Notes under the pieces: model-generated
Seen by the model: only the letters and a program-made list of their open reading frames with translations
What the model was told of the DNA's origin: nothing
Database searches by the model: none
Part shown: in pieces, positions 55,409-64,000 of the stretch
Layout of the letters: the number at the start of each line of letters is the position of its first letter
How positions within the stretch are numbered: position 1 is the first letter of the stretch
Assembly: GCA_964448075.1 (NCBI GenBank)
Contig: CAYUUR010000002.1
Span: forward strand, 158,010-222,009
Direction: 5' to 3'
Length of the DNA stretch: 64,000 nt
Source of the DNA: an uncultured Candidatus Saccharibacteria bacterium
Lineage (GTDB): Bacteria; Patescibacteriota; Saccharimonadia; Saccharimonadales; CAYUUR01
Position numbers and translations under genes: made by a program

Positions 55409-56265
55409 GTGCCAAGCTCCTTTGCTATATAGGTTTGTAAATCTTCTATCCAGTCGTGGCTCACAAATCCTGTTGCAGCAATCTTATCTAGGGTCAGTGT
55501 GCTCTGAAGGGGTCGAGGAGCGATACCGGCTTTACCGTCAAAGTACGCAGCAGTGGTGATATCCGTCACCGACAAGTCATCAAAACCAGCGTACTTGAAT
55601 ATTGCCCGAGTGACGTCTGCCCAGCTGGTTGGCGTGCCACTATTAGTTACGTTATACGTGCCGAATGGTGGCTTTACGGTAAGTAAGTGGTCAATTGCTC
55701 GAACGAGTTCGTGAGTAAAAGTCAGACGGCCAATTTGGTCAGATACAACCTGAGGACTAATGCCTTTGCTGCCAAGCTCGAGCATAGTACGTACAAAGTT
55801 TTTACCTTCTCCAATTACCCAGCTTGTCCGAAGTATATAGTGTTTGTCGACTTGTGAAACGATCAGATCGCCAGCAGCCTTACTAGCGCCATATACGCTC
55901 AGAGGCGAGAAAGCTTCATTTTCATTATGGGTTTTTTTGCTACCATCGAAGACGTAGTCAGTTGATATATGAACAATAGCTTGTAGTTGGTGTTTCCAGA
56001 CAGCATAGGTTAAATTCTTTACCGCCACAGCGTTAACCTGCCAGGCAGCTACGCGTCCTTCAGTCGTCTCTGCGCCATCAACATTGGTATAAGCTGCAGC
56101 ATTTAGAATGACATCAACTCCCGACCAATCAAAGGCATCAACTGCGTGTGCGTCACTTATATCAAGTTCATCAATATCAACAGTACGAGCGGTGGGGTAC
56201 TTGGCTTGCAGAGCCTTACCTAACTGGCCTCTAGCACCAACAATTAGCATTTTCTCTAGCTTCAT
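55405..56265 (-). CDS. rmlD: dTDP-4-dehydrorhamnose reductase
   Basis: Contains GARGQLG and YGASKAAGD (YxxxK). ATG at 56265 is preceded by AGGTG. The ORF-track start at 56274 is GTG, and the ATG at 56250 is also possible. Confidence 0.85.
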   Translation of the reverse strand: MKLEKMLIVGARGQLGKALQAKYPTARTVDIDELDISDAHAVDAFDWSGVDVILNAAAYTNVDGAETTEGRVAAWQVNAVAVKNLTYAVWKHQLQAIVHISTDYVFDGSKKTHNENEAFSPLSVYGASKAAGDLIVSQVDKHYILRTSWVIGEGKNFVRTMLELGSKGISPQVVSDQIGRLTFTHELVRAIDHLLTVKPPFGTYNVTNSGTPTSWADVTRAIFKYAGFDDLSVTDITTAAYFDGKAGIAPRPLQSTLTLDKIAATGFVSHDWIEDLQTYIAKELGT

Positions 56266-56266
56266 A

Positions 56267-56836
56267 CTAAACACCTACCGGACTAATGTTAGCGAGGAGG
56301 GGGTGGTTGCGATCACGCTCTGACAGTACAGCAGTTGCCAGATCAATTGGCCAATTGACACCAATCACTGGGTCCGCCAAATTCACAAACAAGTATTCAT
56401 CATATTTTTCAGCACTCCAATGCGCATTTACGCTGTAGAGATAGTAGGTGTCGTCTTCGAGTACTTGGAATGAGTTAGCAACGCCGCGGGGAAGGTACAC
56501 CGCCTTGTTATTGTCGAGCTCCAAAGACACGGTTTTGCCAAAAGTACTTCCTGCACGCAAGTCAACATACGCCACAAAAACTTTGCCTTTTGCTACGGAT
56601 ATGTACTTATCCCATGGTTCGGCATGGAAACCTCTCGTTACCCCAGCACTTTTATTGAAAGATATATTGTTCTGCACAATGGTAAATGATTCAGGTAGAC
56701 CAGCTGCAACTAACTTATCTTTTTGAAAGTTCTCCTGATAAAAACCGCGGTCGTCTGAAATTGAAGTAACATCAAACCAGAGCAGTCCAGGAATGTCTGT
56801 GGTGTGCGCAGTAAAGGTGGTGGTTGGCACTGCCAC
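56267..56836 (-). CDS. rmlC: dTDP-4-dehydrorhamnose 3,5-epimerase
   Basis: Contains DDRGFYQENFQKDKL...RGFHAEPWDKYISV...YLPRGVANSFQ. The likely GTG start at 56836 lies 1 nt after the rmlB stop. The ORF-track 260-aa version overlaps rmlB by about 210 nt. Confidence 0.85.
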   Translation of the reverse strand: MAVPTTTFTAHTTDIPGLLWFDVTSISDDRGFYQENFQKDKLVAAGLPESFTIVQNNISFNKSAGVTRGFHAEPWDKYISVAKGKVFVAYVDLRAGSTFGKTVSLELDNNKAVYLPRGVANSFQVLEDDTYYLYSVNAHWSAEKYDEYLFVNLADPVIGVNWPIDLATAVLSERDRNHPLLANISPVGV

Positions 56837-56837
56837 G

Positions 56838-57851
<1,014 letters not shown>

Positions 57852-57866
57852 TCAAGATAGGACGTC

Positions 57867-59213
57867 TTATGCGGTAATTACTGCCGTAACTTTTGCAACG
57901 AGGTCATCAAGGGCTGCTTGATCTTTGGCCTCAGCATTGAGTCTGAGAATTGATTCGGTGTTGCTCGGGCGAATATTACACCACGCGTTATCAAGCCAGA
58001 CGGTCAAACCATCAAGCTCGTCTTGCTTGGCATTTACAAAAGTGGCTTTAACTGCGGCAATCACCTTTTCTTTATCATGCACAGTAAAGTTGGTTTCTGT
58101 GATGTGGTGATATCTTCTAAACTCATCAGCCAGCTCAGAAAGTTTTTTGCCACTGTCTGACAAAACGGTCAATCCAACCATTGCAGCGATGAGTCCTGAA
58201 TCAGCCATAAAGTTATCTCGGAAGTAGTAGTGTGCGCTACTTTCGCCCGCAAAGGTGGCATCATATCGACGCATGTCATCTTTTATATAAGAATGACCGA
58301 CCTTTGTTCTGACGCCCTTACCGCCGTATGCCTCAATTGTTTCTGGTACGGCCCAGCCACAGGTCGCATTATAAAGAATAGTTGCACCCGGATGTTTACT
58401 GAGAAAGTAGCGGGCGAGTAGCGCAGTCATGACAGTGCCACTCAACGCCTGGCCGTTTTCGTCGATCAGTACAGCACGATCACCATCGGCATCAAACGCC
58501 AGACCAGCGTCAGCTTTTTCTGATCGAACTTTGGCAATCAAGTCGGCAATATTATCGGCTTCGATTGGGTTAGCGACATGGTTAGGAAAACTCCCGTCTA
58601 GTTCAAAGTACATTTCTGTGACGTCGAATGGCACATATGGTTCGATCTCCGGGAAGACCTTGCCAGCCATACCATTACCCGCGTCAACAACTAGTTTCAA
58701 TGGCTTTAATGAGTCGACGTCAATAAACGATAGTACATGCTGAATCCAAGCATCTGATAGTTCTTTTTGCGCAACTGTGCCAGGTTGTGCTGCAACTTCT
58801 AGTGGGGCTTCTGATACCACAAGATCGCGTACGTGCTGAAGGCCTGTTTCAATCCCCACCGGCTTCGCTTCTTCCCGACAAAACTTAATACCGTTGTATT
58901 CAGCAGGATTATGGCTGGCGGTAATCATAACACCACCAGCAAGCCCAAGACTACCTGTAGCAAAATAAATCATGTCACTGGTAACTTGCCCAATGTTCAG
59001 TACGTCTCTGCCTGCAGCAGTGAGTCCGCGGATAATGGCTTCTGCAAAGGCAGCTGAGTCAGGACGCATATCACGACCGACGGCCACAACACCCTCTGTA
59101 GGCAGCCATACTCCAAAGGCCTGGCCAATTCGTTCGACAACTGCTTCGTTTAGTTCGTCACCAACTTTGCCGCGTACGTCGTAGGCTTTGAAGATGCTCG
59201 CGTTTACTTTCAT
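57867..59213 (-). CDS. phosphomannomutase/phosphoglucomutase
   Basis: 448 aa. Active-site loop TASHNPAEYNGIKF and metal site FDADGDR. Confidence 0.85.
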   Translation of the reverse strand: MKVNASIFKAYDVRGKVGDELNEAVVERIGQAFGVWLPTEGVVAVGRDMRPDSAAFAEAIIRGLTAAGRDVLNIGQVTSDMIYFATGSLGLAGGVMITASHNPAEYNGIKFCREEAKPVGIETGLQHVRDLVVSEAPLEVAAQPGTVAQKELSDAWIQHVLSFIDVDSLKPLKLVVDAGNGMAGKVFPEIEPYVPFDVTEMYFELDGSFPNHVANPIEADNIADLIAKVRSEKADAGLAFDADGDRAVLIDENGQALSGTVMTALLARYFLSKHPGATILYNATCGWAVPETIEAYGGKGVRTKVGHSYIKDDMRRYDATFAGESSAHYYFRDNFMADSGLIAAMVGLTVLSDSGKKLSELADEFRRYHHITETNFTVHDKEKVIAAVKATFVNAKQDELDGLTVWLDNAWCNIRPSNTESILRLNAEAKDQAALDDLVAKVTAVITA

Positions 59214-60298
59214 AGATACTCCCCAATAACTCTTTTCATATTCGTACGGAAAGCCTCAGCGCTAAATGATTGAGCGTGCTTGGCGATGAGCGAATGGTCA
59301 TAGTCGGTCGCGTTGAATGCGACCAACGCTTCTTTGAGAGATTCAACAGACTGCGCAGGGAAGAACATACCAGTTTTGCCTGGGACGACGTAGTCCAGAG
59401 CGCCACCAGCATGATAGGCGATGACCGGCGTGCCAGCTGCCATCGCTTCAACCGGCGTAATCCCAAAGTCATCATACGCTGCAAAAATAAACGCCTCTGC
59501 CGCAGCGAGGAGCTGGGGCATTTCCTCATCACTGACGTCATCGCGAATGGTGACGCTTGAACCAGCTATGCTACGAAGCGCATCGAGTTCAGGTCCACGC
59601 CCTATGACAGTAAGCGGCAATGCAAGCTCGGTGCAGGCTTGCACGATCAAGTTAACCTGTTTCTGTGGGACTAATCGACCTGCAGTTACAAAACCCGAGC
59701 GTTTTGTTTCGGTCATCCTGAAGCGTGTTGTATCAACCGGCGGGTGGACGACGACAGCATCGCGGCCGTAGAATTTTTTTACTTCTTTTGCCGTGTGGCT
59801 TGAATTTGCAATGAAATAGTCCGGTCGCCGACTAGCCTTAAGGTCCCAACGCCGTAACGGTCCTACCAAAGCGCGTAAACCAAGCCGTACAATGGGATTG
59901 AGCATTCCAAAACCCGGCTCGCGCACGTACTGTTCGTAATGTCCCCAATAAAAATGAACTGGCGCATGGCAATAACAAATGTGCACAGTCTCCGTAGACG
60001 TATGAATGCCTTTGGCCTCACCATTACCAGTGCTCGAGATAACTAAATCATAACTGCTTAGGTCGAGTCTTGTCACCCATAGAATGCGCAGGAAGGGGAT
60101 GAATTTACGAAGCGGACCAAGGTGCTGCAGCCAGCCTGTTACAACTTTATTGTCGAGCCGTTTGCGCCATTCGTCCGTTGCATATGACGTGTATATCGGC
60201 GCCTCAGGATATAGATGGTGTAAACTCTCAACAACACGCTCTGCGCCACCGCCGACCAGCCAGTCGTGCACAATGGCAACGCGTGGCTTTTTAGACAC
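59210..60298 (-). CDS. glycosyltransferase family 4
   Basis: 362 aa. The GTG start overlaps the upstream stop (TAGTG). Contains DDFGITPVEAMAAGTPVIAYHAGGALDYVVPGKTGMFF. Confidence 0.75.
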   Translation of the reverse strand: MSKKPRVAIVHDWLVGGGAERVVESLHHLYPEAPIYTSYATDEWRKRLDNKVVTGWLQHLGPLRKFIPFLRILWVTRLDLSSYDLVISSTGNGEAKGIHTSTETVHICYCHAPVHFYWGHYEQYVREPGFGMLNPIVRLGLRALVGPLRRWDLKASRRPDYFIANSSHTAKEVKKFYGRDAVVVHPPVDTTRFRMTETKRSGFVTAGRLVPQKQVNLIVQACTELALPLTVIGRGPELDALRSIAGSSVTIRDDVSDEEMPQLLAAAEAFIFAAYDDFGITPVEAMAAGTPVIAYHAGGALDYVVPGKTGMFFPAQSVESLKEALVAFNATDYDHSLIAKHAQSFSAEAFRTNMKRVIGEYL

Positions 60299-61719
60299 TA
60301 ACGCTTCTCCTTATAGATAATGAAGCGCAGAGTTTTGAGCAAGATGACGATATCAAGCCAGAAGCTCCAGTTTTGTACATAGTACAGGTCAAGCTTGCGT
60401 CGTTCCTCAAAGCTAATATCACGCCTGCCAGAAACCTGTGCGAGTCCTGTAAGCCCAGACTTAACACTGACAATACTTTGTTTTCCTTCGGCTTTCTCTA
60501 TCTCTTCTGGTACCAAAGCACGGGGCCCAACTAGACTGATATCGCCCTTCAGAATATTGAATAGTTGCGGTAACTCATCGAGACTGGTAATTCGCAGGAA
60601 ATGACCGATTGGCGTAAATCGTGGATCATTCGGGAGAAAGTCGCCGTTTTCACGGTATTTCTTTAGTAGGTCAGGTCGGCCGAGACGACGAAAGCCTTCT
60701 TCAGTGCTACAGGTGTATTTCATCTTCGTTGTTCTGAATTTATAGAGCTTGAACCGAGAATTAAAGCGGGTTATTCGTTTTTGCTTGAAGAGTATTGGCC
60801 CTGGGCTAAAAATGTACACCAAGACAGCAATGAGCAGAATAAGTGGAGATAGTAGAATCAACAGCAAGAGTGACGCAATGATGTCAAAGCCTCGCTTCAC
60901 GATCCGGCCCCAACCGATTAGGGCTGTTTGGTGTACATTGATGACAGGGATTGAGGAGCGAAACAGTTCAACGTCAATATTGCCAACAAACAATTCCGTA
61001 TTGCCGGGTACAAAGCGGAAAGAAGCGTGGTTCTCTTGGGCAAAAGTGAGGATTTCGTTATTACGCGCCGTGTCGGAGTATAGTTCTGTTTGGATAATGC
61101 CCTGAATCTTGGGTTTACCGATATGTTTAGTTGCCTCTGCAAAACTACTATAGCTTGGTATTCCCGCATAGGTAGCCTTACCCACCACGCCCACTACGTT
61201 ATAACCAGACTTGCGGCTATTGCCAAGCGAAGCTATGAGCTCCTTGGTCATCGCTGTGTCTCCCACGAGAATGACGTGCGTTATTCCAATATTGTAGCCA
61301 TAGAGGATCTGGCGTGCGAGTCGAGCAAGTGTACGAAACAATACTAAAAACACAAAGGCCAACACAAATCCATAGACAGGCACAAGCCGAGCCGGGAAGA
61401 TCGGTCGGTTGATAACAAATTCTGCAGTGATAATAAACAACAGGCCAATAAATGAACCTACAAATAACCGAGCAATTTCATTGAAGCGCTTTTCGTAAAT
61501 GTTCTGCGAATAGAGCCCAAGTAGGGCAAATACGATAATCCAGAATGGGACTAATGCCAAAAAAAGACCAAGGTACGTCATTGCTGGCACTTGTTCAACG
61601 AGTGGGCGAGCATCATAGGTGACGCGTAACAGATAAGCGCCAACGAATGCAGCTACTAATGCGAGGAAGTCACCAAGTACCAGCACTAATCCATATATCA
61701 CTGATGCGTTACTTTTCAT
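60298..61719 (-). CDS. polyprenyl-phosphate hexose-1-phosphate transferase (WbaP/CpsE-type initiating enzyme)
   Basis: 473 aa with 4-5 N-terminal TM helices. C-terminal bacterial sugar transferase domain [57 protein letters not shown]. Confidence 0.85.
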   Translation of the reverse strand: MKSNASVIYGLVLVLGDFLALVAAFVGAYLLRVTYDARPLVEQVPAMTYLGLFLALVPFWIIVFALLGLYSQNIYEKRFNEIARLFVGSFIGLLFIITAEFVINRPIFPARLVPVYGFVLAFVFLVLFRTLARLARQILYGYNIGITHVILVGDTAMTKELIASLGNSRKSGYNVVGVVGKATYAGIPSYSSFAEATKHIGKPKIQGIIQTELYSDTARNNEILTFAQENHASFRFVPGNTELFVGNIDVELFRSSIPVINVHQTALIGWGRIVKRGFDIIASLLLLILLSPLILLIAVLVYIFSPGPILFKQKRITRFNSRFKLYKFRTTKMKYTCSTEEGFRRLGRPDLLKKYRENGDFLPNDPRFTPIGHFLRITSLDELPQLFNILKGDISLVGPRALVPEEIEKAEGKQSIVSVKSGLTGLAQVSGRRDISFEERRKLDLYYVQNWSFWLDIVILLKTLRFIIYKEKR

Positions 61720-61742
61720 TTATACTGTAAATAATACCATTT

Positions 61743-63104
61743 ATGATCAAAAAGAACGCACTGCTTGCCACATCTCAGGTTGCCCGCTCGGGTAACCTAG
61801 TATTACTCATTACATTAGTATTGCTACCGTTCCATGCATTTTTCTCGACGTGGCTAGGGAGTATAACCGGATACCTGGATGTAATACGCATCTGGAAAGA
61901 ATGGGCTTTATTACTATGTTTGATTATGGCCTTTGTAGTGATGTGTGTTGATCGATCACGGCTGTGGCGTCGGCTAATACAGGCGTCGGCTATCCGGTGG
62001 GCGCTGCTTTTTACACTACTTACTTTGTTTGTTGGTACGGTGACTTTACGTGGCGACAGTGTGTCGGCAGAAGCGGTTATTTACGGATTGATTATCCAGC
62101 TGCGAATGGTTGCAGTGTTTATGCTGGCAGCCTTCTTTGCACTCTACGACGATATGCTTATTCGATATTGGAAGCCAATTGTGTTGATACCTTCCGTAGT
62201 TGTGGTGGTTTTTGGTCTCATGCAGGTACTCGTGTTGCCTTACGATTTCCTCCGTCATTTTGGGTATGGCCCTGATACGATTCCGGCTTTCCAGACAATT
62301 GACGGTAAGCTGGCATTCCAAAGATACCAGTCGACCCTACGTGGCGCTAATCCGTTAGGCGCATACCTGCTCATAGTGATTATGACTTTAATTGTTCATC
62401 TCTACCAAAAAAGACGTGACTATGCGGCTTATGTCCTGCTTACGGGCAGTACCATACTACTCTACTTTACATACTCAAGGAGTGCGTGGCTTGGGCTTCT
62501 GGTGGGTTTGGTTGTACTGGGATTCATAAAAGGTCGACAGTACATACGGCGCAGTAGTGTTATCGCTATGGCCATGGTCTTGGTAGTACTGTTATTTGGT
62601 CTATGGACACAGCGCAACAACGACTATATTCAAAACACGTTCTTTCATTCTGACGAGACCTCACAATCAGCGACTAGCAGCAATCAACAGCGGGGACAGG
62701 CTTTGCGCGCTTCTATTGAAGAAGTTCGTGAACAACCTTGGGGCAGTGGTGTCGGTAGTGCTGGGCCGGCGTCGGCTCGCAATGAATACGCACCGGCGCG
62801 GATTGCCGAGAACTATTTCATTCAAGTTGGCCAAGAGCTGGGCTGGGCTGGGCTGTTACTATTCATTGGTTTAATGACATCACTTGGTCTTTGGTTGTGG
62901 GGCGTACGAAGCGATGAACTTGGCATTGTGCTACTCTCTTCGCTCGTCGGTATTACCGTGATCAACCTTGTATCCCATGCGTGGGCTGATGACACGCTCG
63001 CTCTGTTGTGGTGGGGTTTGGCCGGCATCTGTTTTGGTCGTGGTATACTGAACAAAGAGCAAACAAACCAAAACCATGAAAAGCAAAAAACCAAACGAAT
63101 ATAG
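61743..63104 (+). CDS. O-antigen ligase/polymerase family (Wzy_C) membrane protein
   Basis: 453 aa, polytopic. Contains YSRSAWLGLLVGLVVLGF and a large late periplasmic-type loop. Confidence 0.7.
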   Translation: MIKKNALLATSQVARSGNLVLLITLVLLPFHAFFSTWLGSITGYLDVIRIWKEWALLLCLIMAFVVMCVDRSRLWRRLIQASAIRWALLFTLLTLFVGTVTLRGDSVSAEAVIYGLIIQLRMVAVFMLAAFFALYDDMLIRYWKPIVLIPSVVVVVFGLMQVLVLPYDFLRHFGYGPDTIPAFQTIDGKLAFQRYQSTLRGANPLGAYLLIVIMTLIVHLYQKRRDYAAYVLLTGSTILLYFTYSRSAWLGLLVGLVVLGFIKGRQYIRRSSVIAMAMVLVVLLFGLWTQRNNDYIQNTFFHSDETSQSATSSNQQRGQALRASIEEVREQPWGSGVGSAGPASARNEYAPARIAENYFIQVGQELGWAGLLLFIGLMTSLGLWLWGVRSDELGIVLLSSLVGITVINLVSHAWADDTLALLWWGLAGICFGRGILNKEQTNQNHEKQKTKRI

Positions 63105-63561
63105 AAGAATTGCCGAATATTTGGTCTCCGGAGGTGCGTGGTTTTGGTCTGGTTATCTACTGTTTGGGCTATTATTTGGTGTCTTTGGCCTCGGTATTGT
63201 TCCGGCAAAGGTTATTTCCTACATTTTTGGCTTAACAGTTAACTTCTTACTACAACGCTACTGGGTTTTTGATACTCGTGACGCACGTAAGCAGCTTGAC
63301 GTGGTGACAGGCCGGTATGTCGTTCTTTCGGTAGTAAATCTAGTAATTGATACAGCGATCGTTTGGTCTCTCAGCAAGGCGGGCATAACGCCATACATCG
63401 GCCAGTTTGTTTCGGCTGGCTTCTTTACCGTGTGGAACTATGTATGGTATCGACTCTGGGTGTTCGCACGGAAGACGAAACCGACGCCACGACGAGCCGC
63501 TGCACCAGTTATAAAACGTCCAAAACATGTATCTCACACAATTAAAAGAAAGCGCGCCTAA
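63076..63561 (+). CDS. GtrA-family membrane protein
   Basis: 161 aa with 4 TM helices. Contains VSGGAWFWSGYLLF...NFLLQRYWVF...GFFTVWNYVWYRLWVF. Overlaps the upstream gene by 29 nt. Confidence 0.75.
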   Translation: MKSKKPNEYRRIAEYLVSGGAWFWSGYLLFGLLFGVFGLGIVPAKVISYIFGLTVNFLLQRYWVFDTRDARKQLDVVTGRYVVLSVVNLVIDTAIVWSLSKAGITPYIGQFVSAGFFTVWNYVWYRLWVFARKTKPTPRRAAAPVIKRPKHVSHTIKRKRA

Positions 63562-63569
63562 ACGAGAAA

Positions 63570-64000
63570 ATGGAAGATAATAAGCAAATTCGCCCAACAA
63601 AGAAACAACGAGAAATACTTGGTTTTATTGAAGAATTCATAGTTGAACACGGTTATAGTCCAAGTTACCGGGAAATCATGACAGGGCTTAATTATACGTC
63701 GGTAGCGACAGTAGCGCTGCATGTTAATAGTCTGATAAAGCGTGGTCATATCAAAAAGCGTGATCATGCCGCACGTTCCCTAGAAGTCGTAACTTCTACG
63801 CTTGATCAAACAGAGAAGATCAAGACGAACCAAATCAAGGCATCAGAAGAAAAATGGCTGGTAGAAAAAGTTGAGCACCGTTTTGCCGAAGCAGAAAACA
63901 GTAAACCGGACCCCGCGGCAATGGATAGCTTGTACGTTCTGGTAGGGGCATTGAAAGTGCTTGGTCTCGAAGGTGCTGCCCAGAGTTTTATTCCGCGACT
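63570..64000 (+). CDS. LexA-type winged-helix DNA-binding-domain protein (partial; runs off the window)
   Basis: Not in the ORF track. Manual translation gives MEDNKQIRPTKKQREILGFIEEFIVEHGYSPSYREIMTGLNYTSVATVALHVNSLIKRGHIKKRDHAARSLEV... (LexA N-terminal domain pattern). The following 70 aa look helical, with no S24 peptidase motif seen yet. Confidence 0.6.
   Translation, partial: MEDNKQIRPTKKQREILGFIEEFIVEHGYSPSYREIMTGLNYTSVATVALHVNSLIKRGHIKKRDHAARSLEVVTSTLDQTEKIKTNQIKASEEKWLVEKVEHRFAEAENSKPDPAAMDSLYVLVGALKVLGLEGAAQSFIPR

Overview
Gene-dense (about 65 genes, many overlapping starts and stops), standard genetic code. The window spans the chromosomal replication origin of a small monoderm-type genome. 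Gene content and style suggest a Patescibacteria/CPR, Saccharibacteria-like bacterium, but that assignment is inference only. All family calls come from reading the translations and recognising motifs; no searches were run. Layout: (1) 1-3.5 kb holds core genes: a FemAB-family gene running off the left edge (missing from the ORF track), two tRNA-Ser genes with duplicated tRNA fragments around them, comFC and hsp20. (2) 3.6-21.4 kb is a Gram-positive-type type IV secretion (T4SS)-like locus in two divergent operons. It encodes six tandem pilin-like paralogs, VirB6/TrbL-like, PrgI/VirB3-like and VirB4-family proteins, and two very large multi-domain peptidoglycan hydrolases. It has no relaxase, coupling protein or integrase. 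This is the most interesting system in the window. (3) 21.4-27.5 kb is recF-dnaN-dnaA with DnaA-box clusters on both sides of dnaA (oriC), followed by rpmH-rnpA-yidC-jag. (4) 27.8-63.6 kb is one very large cell-envelope glycan locus. It contains rmlABCD, ugd, PMM/PGM, a WbaP-type initiating transferase, Wzm/Wzt ABC exporter, many GT2/GT4 enzymes, two TPR-TOD1/MUCI70(DUF616)-like paralogs, an AsnB-like amidotransferase, methyltransferases, a polyprenyl-P-sugar synthase with GtrA, flippase-like and GT-C membrane proteins, an O-antigen-ligase-like protein and a large secreted repeat protein. (5) The right edge carries a partial gene with a LexA-type DNA-binding domain. No CRISPR array, transposase or integrase was seen.
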